Assembly: GCA_964016885.1 (NCBI GenBank)
Contig: OZ024741.1
Location: 158,224,001-158,288,000 of the forward strand
Direction of reading: 5' to 3'
Length of the DNA: 64,000 nt
Source of the DNA: Eledone cirrhosa
Taxonomy: Eukaryota
The translations under genes were made by a program, and so were the position numbers. The notes under the pieces are model-generated. The model ran no database searches. It saw only the letters and a program-made list of their open reading frames with translations, and was not told where the DNA came from. Shown here in pieces: positions 37,710-49,271 of this stretch (positions are counted from its first letter, which is position 1; every line of letters starts with the position of its first letter).

Positions 37710-39245
37710 TCATCAATCAATCAGGCTATATATGGTGGTGTCATACCCAAAGACTGGTGCAGCAGTATTCTCATAAATTGCTACAAAGGTAAAGGGGATG
37801 CTCTGGAGAGGAGCAATTATAGGGGTATAAAACTGATAGATCAGGTTATGAAAGTAGCAGAAAGGATATTAGCACAACTAATTAGAGAAAGGGTCAAACT
37901 AGATGAGATGCAGTTTGGTTTTGTGCCTGGGAAGAGTACAACAGATGCCCTCTTCTTGGTGAGACAATTGCAAGAGAGGTTCTTAGAGAAAAATAAGCCA
38001 CTATACTTAGCCTTTGTTGACCTAGAGAAGGCCTTTGATAGGGTACCCTGATCTGTCATCTGGTGGTCCCTACGGAAGCTAGGTGTTGAGGAATGGCTTG
38101 TGAGGACAGTGCAAACTTTGTACAGAGGTACTCTCAGTAAAGTCAGGGTAGGAATGGAGTTTAGTGAGGAATTCCAGATACAAGTAGGAGTACATCAAGG
38201 TTCGGTCCTCAGCCCGCTCTTGTTCATTATAGTCCTCCAAGCCATAACAGAGGAGTTTAAGACTGGCTGTCCATGGGAACTTCTCTATGCTGACGATCTG
38301 GTTCTTATAGCAGAATCAGTAGAGGAGCTAGAGAATAAATTCTGGCTATGGAAACAGCAGTTGGAATCAAGAGGACTGAGAGTGAACCTAGCTAAGACAA
38401 AAGTGTTGATGAGTAGAAAAGAGGACAAAACTCTGATTCTGTCAGGGAAATGGCCATGTTCGATATGCAGAAAAGGAACTGGCATAAATTCTATAAAATG
38501 CACACAATGCAGATCCTGGGTACACAAGAGATGTAGCGGGATAGCAGGCAAACTAACAGATAGGGAGAAATATGTATGCAGTAGATGTACAGGGAAATTA
38601 GACAGTAGAAGTCGCATTGATAGACACATTTTTCAAATGTAGGAGGGCGCTATAGTGGTGGATAGCTTCCGGTACCTAGGAGATCAGATTAGCATGGGAG
38701 GAGGGTGTTCCGAGGCCATAGTATCTAGAATAAGGATGGGTTGGAAGAAGTTTAGGGAGCTGCTTCCTCTGTTGACGAAGAAGAGTTTCTCCCTGCGTAC
38801 GAAAGGCAGGTTGTATGATGCCTGTGTGAAGAGCGCGATGCTGCATGGTAGTGAGACATGGGCAGCAACTGCAGAGGATATGCGACGGCTGGAGAGAAAT
38901 GAGGCAAGCATGCTCCGTTGGATGTGCAGTGTAAATGTGCGTGAACGACCCAGCATAAATGTGTTGAGAGAGAAACTGTGTCTGAGAGGGATAGAATGTA
39001 GTGTACGGGGGAGGAGACTGAGGTGGTATGGACATGTGATGTGCATGGAAATGCCAGTTGAAGGAAGACGTGGTAGAGGTAGACCACGAAAAACATGGGC
39101 GGAGGTGGTGAGAACAGACCTCAGATCATTGAAGCTCACGGTGGAGATGACGAGGGACCGTGACGAGTGGAGAGATGCTGTGCTGAATAAGATCTGTCCC
39201 ACCCTTGCAAGCAGGGAAAAGCGGACGTAAAACGATGATGATGAT
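37710..39245 (+). mobile_element. 5'-truncated RTE-clade LINE, family 1, (GAT)n tail
   Basis: KGKGD..NYRGIKL, QFGF, FVDLEKAFDRVP, GVHQGSVLSPLLF, LLYADDL, FRYLG, RLRWYGHV, GRPRKTW. Stop at 38049-38051 and a frameshift near 38630. Confidence 0.95.
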
Positions 39246-39266
39246 ATAATTGTAAAGAAAGTGCTC

Positions 39267-39424
39267 AAGTGCAGAAAGTGCCATGAATAAAGCTTATAAA
39301 ATAGGGTTAAGACCCTTAAGAGACAGAAAAAAAAGTTGCCATTGGCCAATGGTAACTCCTTTTTCCATCTTTTAAGGGTCTTAACCCTATTTTATAAGCT
39401 ATCTTTATAGCATTTTCTGCACTT
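39267..39424. repeat. Loop-less ~158-bp palindrome
   Basis: Centre ccattgg|ccaatgg at 39345/39346. Arms agcttataaaatagggttaagacccttaa / ttaagggtcttaaccctattttataagct. Confidence 0.88.
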
Positions 39425-39519
39425 ATGTATATATATATATATATGTGTGTATGTATGTGTGTATATAATGTATATATGTATGAGTGTGTATATATATATG
39501 TATATAATGTAGATATGCA

Positions 39520-39551
<32 letters not shown>

Positions 39552-39570
39552 ATGTAGATATGCATGTGTC

Positions 39571-39604
<34 letters not shown>

Positions 39605-40471
39605 ATGTATATATGCATGTATATATGTGTGTATATATATATATATATAATGTATATATGCATGTATATATATGTGTATATATATATATGTATAAATATA
39701 TATATATGTATATAATGTATATATGCATGTATATATATAATATATATATGCATGTATATATATATCATCATCATCATCGTTTAATGTCTATCGTCCACAC
39801 TAGCATGGGTTAGATGGAAATTGTCCCATTTGAGGCAAGATTGGTCGGGTGACCATGTCTCGCTCGTATAGGACTATCTGGCAGGTTTTCTATGGCTGGA
39901 TGCCCTTCCTAACACCAAATATATATGTGTATATATATATATACTGTGAAACTAATAAGACTTTTTGTAGCTCTGTTTTGCCGTTTCCTTGAACTATGTG
40001 TGTGTGTGTAAGGATTTGTTAAATAACTAAGATGGTTATTATTTAATACAGCATTCAATGAATATCATATAGGGTTTGAATGTATTATTTGGCATTAGGA
40101 ATGATATCCAGTCTTAGAAACCTTGCCAAAATATGGAATGTATGAGCAAGCCGTGATCATCCAACCTAAGTTTCCGAATGATAAAACCTCAAGCATGGAA
40201 AATAGATGTAAATCCAATGATGATTGGCTCTATAATTAAGTCAAGCATTTCATTATTCTATTCAAATTCTCCTCAAAAGCAGAATACAGTATTACACTCC
40301 AAAGGGAAGTTTAAGAACTTGAAGCTCATGTTGTGTATGTGTGGTATGAAACCACATGTAGAGCGTGTGTGTTATTTTTTACTCTTTTGTTTTTTTTTTC
40401 CTTCTTTTAATAGATTCAAGGCTATTTTTTCCCAAACTTGTTGATAACATTGAAATTTTTTTTTTTTGTAG

Positions 40472-40697
40472 AATCAATTCTTGTTTGGACATTATCATAG
40501 AAAGTATCCCATTTCTCAAGGCTCTTGGCATAAAACCTGGTTCTGCCCATGACCATACACTACTTAAGACATTTGACCAGTTACAGGAAACATTTACATA
40601 CTATTTTACAAAAAGTTCTGCAGCTGAGAGAACATTCCAGAATGAAGAATTGTTTACTGAAATGGTTTCCCTGGCACAGTCACAACCTCATGGTCAG
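40472..40697 (+). CDS. ADPGK: ADPGK exon 2
   Basis: tgtag|A, CAG|gtgagc, phase 2-0. INSCLDIIIESIPFLKALG...DH...KSSAAERTF...QPHGQ. Confidence 0.94.
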
Positions 40698-41915
40698 GTG
40701 AGCTTTCTATGATACTTTCAATACTACTACCACCATCATCATCATCATTGTCTTTATGTTCACTATTCCAGGCCAACATGAGTTGGATGTGATGTTTTGG
40801 AACAATGTTTTGCACCCAAATGCCCTTCTTGATACCTCTTTTGACTTGCAGGGATATGGTTTACCTATTCTAGAAACCAGGATACACATAATTACCCTAT
40901 TTCTAAAAAAATAAAAAATTGTATATAATTTTCAAATAACTTAGCAAGGGTTTTAGACAAATATAAACATTTAAAAATAAATGGCTTTGTGTCATAGAAC
41001 CAGACACAGTTTGGTATCAAAAAAGTTAATTAATCAAAGGTAACTTGATTTTGGCTGCATGTTGGAACATTGTGTATTTTAACTAGGGCAGCTTGATTGA
41101 ACGGCATTTTAACTAGGAGCAACTTCATTGAGGTGTGTTTTAACTAGGGGCTAGCTTGATTGAAGGGTATATTAACTAAGGTCATAGGTGTTCTAGGACT
41201 ATTCTGAATATTTTGTCATGTAATGTATAGCTGTGTGGGATGGTAATTATGGTATGTTGTTAGAGTGGTGGTATGCTGTTAGAGGTAGTCATATGAGGGG
41301 CAGTAGAGTTGTCTATAGGGCACAGCTGCTAATTAAAAATGAATAACATTTCTCTATCATAAAATGAATATATATATATATTATTTTTCTTCTTTCTAAA
41401 TTGATATTTTTTTTATTTTTCGTCAGTTAGAAAAATTGGAATTGAATGTATCTATTACTTATTGGGCATTTAAGAAAATGATTCTGTTTTAGAGGAAACC
41501 TGACCTAAATGCTTGCAATGAGTGGACTCCATTAAATGCTTAGAAAAGCCAGGTGGTGTGGTGTTAAACTAGGCAATAGATTAAGTCTACCTTCTAATGA
41601 CCAGGTGGTAGTGTTAAACTGGATGACAGATTGAGTCTACCACCCAAGTAGGCCAAAGCAAGATTTGAACCTAAATGCAAAGTAACAGAACAAATGCTGT
41701 AAAGGATCTCTACAAACCCACCGTCCTCAACTGGTATTTTATTTTATCAACCCCTAAAGGATAAAAGGCAAAGTTGAGCATGGCAGGTTTTGAACTGCAA
41801 AGGCAGAAAGCCGGAATAAATGTTACATGGAATTTTTTTCTTCTAGCTAAAGATTCTGTCATTTCACCAAATATAAATCATCATCATGATTGTTTTCTTT
41901 AAATTTTTTTTCCAG

Positions 41916-41981
41916 AAATACCTTGGTGGAAATGCTTTATTAATGGCAAACAAAATTGCGTTGAATTTCCCAGAAGTAAAG
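41916..41981 (+). CDS. ADPGK: ADPGK exon 3
   Basis: ttccag|AAA, AAG|gtatga. KYLGGNALLMANKIALNFPEVK carries the GGNA sugar-binding motif. Not in the ORF track. Confidence 0.93.
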
Positions 41982-42144
41982 GTATGATATATATATATTT
42001 TCCTTCTTCATTTATCTTGTGTCTCTTTGTCTGTCTTTGATTCTTCTTCGCTTCTTTTCGTTTCCCCACATTTCTATCGCATAACTTATTGCTCACCTTT
42101 TACAATGTATTCACCTAACCTTTAATCTTTATCTCTCACTCCAG

Positions 42145-42561
42145 GTGCAATATGTTGGCCCCATTGGCCCCAAAGTAAGACAGTCAATGCCCGAAAACAT
42201 TGATGTTCCTAAAGAGAGCTTGCTGCCTGAGGACGAGGTTCACTTGATACTGGAGTACAAAGTTGGTGATGTGTGGGGGGAACATACTAGCACTGTGGCT
42301 AACCGTTTCATACTCAATAACAACTTGGCCAACCTCAACGAAGCTCTGTTGAAGTTTTTCTTCAGTTCTCTAGAGATTTACCGTCCAGACTTAATTGTCT
42401 TCTCTGGTTTACACATGTTTTCTGCACAAGACTCCGAAGTCAGTGAGAGGAAGGTTCAAGAAATTGCCACTCACTTACAGATGTTACCCATCTCTGTTCC
42501 TGTTCACTTGGAACTGGCTAGCATGACTCAACTAAACTTTGTCAAATCACTGCTCCATAAG
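42145..42561 (+). CDS. ADPGK: ADPGK exon 4
   Basis: ctccag|GTG, AAG|gtcagt. GPIGPK...DEVHLILEYKVGDVWG...ANRFI...PDLIVFSGLHM...PVHLELASMT. Confidence 0.96.
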
Positions 42562-43682
42562 GTCAGTAATAGTCCATGTTTATTGCATTCAATCTATTTC
42601 ATTCTTTTTCCTATATGTGGAGGAAGTCCTCATCATCATTTATTATGTTTTCCTTGCTAGCAAAAGTTGGATGTATTGACTGGTCAGTATTCAAGCGGCA
42701 CCACTGACCTCAAGGTGACTTAGTGGTTAAGATGCTGGTCTTAGGACTGTAAGATCATGTACTTGATTCCCAGACCAGGCAGTGTGTTGTATCCTTCAGT
42801 AAGATACTATTTCATGTTGCTCCTGTCCATTCATCTGGAAAAACTAATTGTAAGAACACTGATGTCAAGTTATATTGGCCTTTCTCTTTCTCTTGGACAA
42901 CATCATAGTGTCTAAATGAGCTGCAATGACATTAGTGCCAAGCATTATCAGCCTTTGACTTGTCATGGAGAGGTGTGACTGGCATATCTGAGCAATTGCT
43001 AGTTTCCCATATAACACCCTACCCTTGTAGAGGCAAACCCATAGTCAGTCATGGATGCATAATCCTTGACCATTCATAACTGAAGGGGCCCTCCTTTTGT
43101 TTTTATTATCATAATTTTACACCTGTTTTCCATGTTGTGTGGGTGTTGGACAGGTCACCACAATCCAAACCATTTACTGTCTTCTTAGATCAGAGCAGAG
43201 GACCACATCTCACTCATACATTCCATATTAATAACTTCTATATATGTAAAAGCAATGGATGCAGCATGACCAAATGGTTAAGGAGTTCGCTTCACAATCA
43301 TTAGGTCCTGGGTTCAACCCTATTGCATGACATCTAGGTAAGTGTATTTTACCATAACCTCAGGTTGACCATGTCTTGTGAGTGAAATTGGGTAGACAGA
43401 AACTGTTTAGAAAATTGCCAGATGGACTGTATTTATAATTCAGGAGCCCAGCATTGCTCAGCTACTTACACATTAATTTCATGAGGAGGCTGTTCTGTTA
43501 ATCAAACACCTGGAACACTCATTGTCAAAACTGACAGGCCCATTGATATATAAGTCATGTGTAAAAGATATACTGCTATATGACAATGAAAGTCAAGCAA
43601 GGTATTGTTGTTATTTAGCCAAAGTTCAGCTTTGATCAAGCAGACCCTACAATGAAAAGGCATCCCCAACCATGACTTTTAT

Positions 43683-45806
43683 AACTTTTTCCATCCAGTT
43701 CTGACTCTAGCTACTGTACTTTCAGAGCACCCTCCCCCACTGCTGATTTTGTCACCCAAGTAACGGAAGCTGTCCACTATTTCTATAGAACCCTCTGCGC
43801 AATTGAAAGAGCTAGTATTTTGTGGGCACTTGCTGCTACTTATTGCACCAGAGCACCGGCCACATGTAAAATCTATGTTCTTATTTAGCTTACCTGTGAT
43901 CCCACTACATCTTTTATGCACCCATACTTTGCATTTGGGACATAAAATGGAGTTTCTATCTACGCCTTTCCTACACACTGAGCATGGCCATTTCCCGGAA
44001 GGGACCAGCGCCTTATTTTCTTTCCTACAAACTAGAACTTTAGTCTTAGCCAGGTTAATTTTAAGGCCTTTTGATTCTAGGCCGTGCTTCCATGTTTGGA
44101 ATTTCTTCTCTAGCTCGGCCATTGATTCAGCTATGAGCGTTAGATCATCTGCGTATAGGAGTTCCCATGGGCAGCCGGTCTTGAACTCCACTGTTATAGC
44201 CTGTAGGGCAATAATAAATAGTAGGGGGCTAAGAACAGAGCCCTGATGAACACCAACTTTTACGCTAAACTCTTCACTATATTCGTTGTTAATTCTAACC
44301 TTGCTGACTGTTTCTTTATACATGGCTTGTATAGCTCTTAAAAGCCATTCATCAACACCTAGTTTTCTAAGAGCCCACCAGATAATGGAACGGGGGACTC
44401 TGTCGAACGCTTTCTCCAAGTCGACAAAGGCTAAGTATAGGGGTTTACTTTTAGCTAGGTACTTCTCCTGTAGTTGTCGTACAATGAAAAGAGCGTCTGT
44501 GGTACTTTTGCCTGACACAAACCCGAACTGCATTTCATCTAGATCAATTCTCTCTCTGATTAGTTGCACTATTACTTTTTCCGTGACCTTCATGACCTGG
44601 TCGATTAATTTAATGCCTCTATAGTTACTCCTATCTAGGGCGTCTCCTTTACCTTTGTAACAGTTAATGATGATGCTGCTACGCCAGTCCTTCGGAAGAA
44701 CCCCATTCTGTATGACTTGGTTTACTATCAGGGTGACCATGGTGTGTCCCACCGTTCCAGAGGCTTTCAGCATCTCAGCAACTATTTCCGAAGGCCCAGC
44801 CGCCTTACCCGTCTTCATATCTTTGATTGCCTTACTTATTATACTACCTTCAACTAACACTGCTGGTCCCTCTATTGGATCGATCTGGGGGAGACTATCC
44901 TTCTCCCATTTATTCTTCTCATTTAGTAGCCTTTCGTAGTGACACTTCCAAGCTACCTTCTTATCAGCGTCAGTGATGGCAAGTACGCCATCATCATTTA
45001 GTACACACTTCTCCCCGACAATATCACGGTTTTCCTTGACACATTGCTTAGCAATCCTGAACACCTCACGTTTTTGGTCCTCGCATTGTAGAACATGCTT
45101 GAACTTTCTTTCCTCTGCTTCCCTTCTTGCGAAGTACACTTGTCTCCTAGCTTCCCTCCTGGCCACTTGATAGTCTTCTCTACTTCCCCCATCCCGCCAT
45201 ACTTTCCAAGCCTGCTTTTTGGCCTTAATCGACTCCTCCACCTTACTGTTCCACCACCATGTTACTCTCCTCCTGCCTATAGGCCTGCTCCGGCCACAGA
45301 CTTCGTCTGCCGCCATCAGCAGGTTTGCTTTCAGGAATTCCCACTGTTCCTCTATATTGTACGACTCTAAATGCTCTTCCTTACTGTCGAAAGCATCAAG
45401 TAATATGCTTTGAAATTTATTTCTGGCTGTATGGTCCTTTAGCTTCCATATTTTTCTCCTGAGGATAGTCCTCTTCTGCTGTCGGGTACGTCTCGTCCTG
45501 ACTATGAGGTCGCTAATTATCAGTCTATGTTGGGAGGTGCATTCTTCATGGGGGAGGGATTTGGTGTTTACAACAGACACTCTGTCACGTCTTCTGGTAA
45601 GGATATAATCTACCTGGCTGGTATGTTCCCCTGATCTGTAGGTGATCAAGTGATTGTCTCATTTTTTGAAGTTAGTGTTACAGATTGTTAGGTTATTTGC
45701 GTCACAGAATTCCAGGATTCTGGAGCTTTCCTCATTTCTAGTACCAAACCCATAGCCTCCGTGGATTCCATCATAGCCGTCACAATGTTGTCCAACGTGT
45801 CCGTTA
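43683..45806 (-). mobile_element. Inverted 5' part of an RTE-clade LINE (APE endonuclease C-half plus RT)
   Basis: 656-aa ORF with VDYIL/SQHR endonuclease motifs and YADD RT. The frame extends upstream through one TGA (45659-45661) to NGHVG...GGYGFGTRNEE..ILEFC. Confidence 0.95.
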
Positions 45807-46756
45807 CCTGGGTGACAAAATCAGCAGTGGGGGAGGGTGCTCTGAAAGTACAGTAGCTAGAGTCAGAACTGGATGGAAAAAGTTCAGAGACCTTATACCA
45901 CTATTAGCCGCTAAAGGGTTCTCCCTAAAAATGAAAGGCAGGCTGTATGATGCCTGCATATGAACAGCAATGTTGCATGGCAGTGAGACCTGGGCATTGT
46001 GTGCAGAGGATATACGCAGACTAAGAGGAACGAAGCTTGCATGCTCCGCTGGATGTGTAATAGTAATATACGCGAACGGCAAAGCATAAACGAACTAAGG
46101 GAAAAATTAGAAATAAGAGGGATCAGATGTTGTTTACTAGAGAGAAGGCTACGTTGGTATGGTCACGTGATGCGCATGAAAGACGACAGCTGTATAAAAA
46201 AGTGCAGGGCAATAAAGATAGACGGTAGCCACGGAGTAGGCAGACCCAGAAAAACCTGGGACGACCTGATAAATTCCGACCTCACACACTTACACCTCTC
46301 CAAGACAATGTCACTGGACCGAGATCTTTGGCGGTACTCAGTAATAGAGAAGACCCGCCTGAAATACAAAGTAAAACCTACTACAGTCAGTAGGCATCTG
46401 TAACCCCCCCCCCCCCCCCCCCCAACACACACACACACCCATCCACACCGCCCCTTTCAATGTAAAGTTATGTTGGTGCCGCGCCATCCAGGCCGAAACA
46501 AATGAGATCGTGTAGGTGTCAAGACAAAAAAACACACAGTCCACGCTGTAATGTATCCGTGTAGGCAACACGGTAAAAACCTCCCAGCCCCACACTGTAA
46601 ATGTGGTTGGTGTTAGGAAGCATCCAACTGTAGAAAACCCGCCAGACAGTCCTATGCGAGCAAGACAACCACTCTTGCCTCAAGTGGGAAAACTCCCGTC
46701 CAAACCCATGTAAGCGTGGAACATGGACGTTAAACGATGATGATGATGATGATGAT
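45800..46756 (+). mobile_element. Non-inverted 3' part of the same RTE LINE with 3' UTR and (GAT)n tail
   Basis: RYLGDKISSGGGCSESTVARVRTGWKKFRDL...RLRWYGHV...GRPRKTW. Continues the ORF of the minus segment. Confidence 0.93.
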
Positions 46757-47029
46757 CTAGGATCACATTATTTTGTCTTTTTCTTTTTTTTTAAACAGTA
46801 TGTGGTGTTAGGGAAATTTAACTGCTATTTCTAGCAGGTTGAGTGACCATATGGAGGATCACTTATTGGTTTGTTGTATAAACAGAGTATAAAGGATATT
46901 TTGTATAAACAAAATGTAGAGGCTATCTGGAGAAGCATGAAAGAGAACTGAATATAGTCTGTTGGATGTACAATGAGATGTGTAAGGGGTTGGGTATAGA
47001 AGAACTCTCACCAATGTTTGTTAGATAGG

Positions 47030-47390
47030 TGATGATCAAAGACTAAGACCAATGTATGTAAGAATTATGATTACCAGGCATTCAGTCTCAGTGGTCAGTA
47101 ATGGAAGTATTGTGGCTTATGTATGCAAGAGAGATGGTGATCAGCAAGCTAACCAATGTATGTAAAAGCGATGACCAAGGCTGACCAATATATGTAAGAG
47201 AGATGATGATCAAAGACCCTGATTAGTTTATGATAGAGAAATGATGACCGGCAGGCTGACCAATGTATGCTAGAGAGATGAGGGCTAATGACTGACCAGT
47301 GTATGCTAGAGTGAAAATGACAAGCAAACTGACTAATATATACTAGAGAGATGATGATAAGCATTGTATGCAAAGATATGATGACTTAGC
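47030..47390. repeat. Degenerate ~40-45-bp tandem repeat
   Basis: Recurrent gatgatgatc/acaagc..tgaccaatgtatg(c/t)aagagagat units. Confidence 0.65.
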
Positions 47391-47438
47391 AATCACTGTG
47401 GTCAGTGTGTAATTTCAATGGTTTATTTTTATTTAAAG

Positions 47439-47546
47439 ATGATTCCCTTGGTTTCCTCACTTGGCCTCAATGAGGTTGAATTGGCGCAACTATCTTATGT
47501 TGGCAATGGGCCACACACAAAAAATGGACCTTCTCTCACATCATCT
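47439..47546 (+). CDS. ADPGK: ADPGK exon 5
   Basis: ttaaag|ATG, TCT|gtaagt. IPLVSSLGLNEVELAQLSYVGNGPH carries the SLGLNExEL motif. Confidence 0.92.
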
Positions 47547-48785
47547 GTAAGTAAAACTGAATGTAGTTTTTGTTGTATTTGTGGCATTAATTTTTTTATT
47601 GCTTTATCAAGGGAAAAGGTACAATCCATAACCCTTTTCAGGGTTGCTGAGATTTGTGGGAGGGAGGAAGGAAAGTATCTTTACATTTTTTGATAGCAAA
47701 CCACCTGAAATCATCCCTGGTTCTATGATACAAAGCTGTTTATATTTATCTAAAAAGCTGCCATCATCATTTATGTAAGAACCTTTATGTTCCAACCACC
47801 AACTTAACGATAATGTTATATTACTAAATCCCTCCAAATTCTTGATTATTTTCAAAATGATTTGAAATCATAGATGGTGTCTTTCATTAGAAATCTGGTA
47901 ACAGAAATGTTAACCTTTTAACATTCACATTACTCTATATATACTATTATATTTTCATGGTAAAGGCTTTACCTCGCATAATGTCGAATCTATGAGATTT
48001 TGAAAGTATTTATTTTGAAAACAATACCTTAACATCAGTTTGAGTGACCAGTTACAGCCAGTTTCAACAGAAAGAGGTAGAGAATTCTGGCTGGTTTGAA
48101 CATTAAAGGGTTAAACTAGAGACTTCATTTGAATGCTTACAGCAGCTAAGAATTAGATGTTGTGTTGCATCAAGTTTACTGCCATAGCAGGCCACAGAAG
48201 GATTTGAACTCAGAAGGCAAAGAACTGGAATAAATGCCCCCCTGTTCATTTCATTGGCTGTTACCATCATCATCGTAATCATTGCTTTTATTTCAATTGT
48301 TCCATGCTGGCATGGGTTGGACAGATTGTTTTGAGGTAGTGTTTATAGTTAGATACCTTTCCTGGCACCAACCCTTTTAGTCACTTATGACATACAAGGA
48401 TATGGTGTACCTATTTTAAAAACTGGATTACTATCATCATCATCATCATCATCATCATGTTGATTTTTCCATGTTGGCATGGTTGGACTTGTTTTGAAAC
48501 AATATTTTACAACCAAATGATGCCAACTCTTTTAGTCACCTCTTATAACACAAGGATACAGTGTACCTATTCTAAAAACTAGGTTACTGTATGAGGCAGA
48601 TAAGATAATTCTTTGGGAGTCTAAAGTCATAAAAAAGTGGACTCCTTAATATATATGCTTCCTTGTAGCTTTATCCAGTTCACATTTATTTGTTGTTTTT
48701 GTCATTTTTTTAAAGTACATCTCAATGTTATATGTGAATGTGTTTAACTGTCAAGTTATTATTGTTCTGTCTCATCTCGTTGTAG

Positions 48786-49271
48786 GACAGTTCTTCAGAT
48801 TTTGCAGTCAACCAGCCAGAGATTCATAAAGTCTCTGACATAATATTGTGGTTATTGAAAACCTTTGGCTACTCCAAAAAGAATTTCCCAGCATCACGAC
48901 TGACTCGCATTCATTTCCACTCATTAACCTACCACATTGTAGGGGTTGTACCTGAAGCCTGGAGAAATAGCGAGTCGGCAGCAGCCGCTGGAACCCAAAT
49001 AGCTGGCCAGCAGGCATGTAATACGAAGCGGTTGATTTCTGCAGAAGTGAAACTGAAGATTCCCAACATGTTCCGCCTATATTCCAGCGACGAACCACGA
49101 TCTCTCAATGAGAAACGGCCAGTGATCTCTTGGAAGATGGAAGGTTATCATTTTGTATTCAGCCCTGTTCTGGTCTGTCGGCACCCCAAGAGGACAGTTG
49201 GGTTAGGTGATGCTATATCTTCAACGGGACTGATGTATTCACATTTTGATGTAAAATATCGACACCAGTAG
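48786..49271 (+). CDS. ADPGK: ADPGK exon 6 (terminal)
   Basis: tgtag|GAC. VSDIILWLLK...LTRIHFHSLTYHI...SPVLVCRHPKRTVGLGDAISSTGL contains the catalytic GLGD motif. Six exons total 1533 nt = 510 aa plus stop. Confidence 0.96.
   Translation, partial: DSSSDFAVNQPEIHKVSDIILWLLKTFGYSKKNFPASRLTRIHFHSLTYHIVGVVPEAWRNSESAAAAGTQIAGQQACNTKRLISAEVKLKIPNMFRLYSSDEPRSLNEKRPVISWKMEGYHFVFSPVLVCRHPKRTVGLGDAISSTGLMYSHFDVKYRHQ

Noticed and set aside
38684-39349. Antisense ORFs over LINEs (221 aa here; also 43803-45413 on +)
   Set aside because: Shadow frames of RTE ORF2 with no independent motifs.
43679-45649. Intact autonomous retrotransposon or domesticated RT gene
   Set aside because: 5' truncated within the endonuclease, has an upstream in-frame stop, and the ORF is cut at the inversion; the plus half has a stop (45961) and a frameshift.
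34059-49271. ADP-dependent kinase as horizontal transfer from archaea
   Set aside because: ADPGK is a standard metazoan gene; this copy has spliceosomal introns and a metazoan-type N-terminal anchor.
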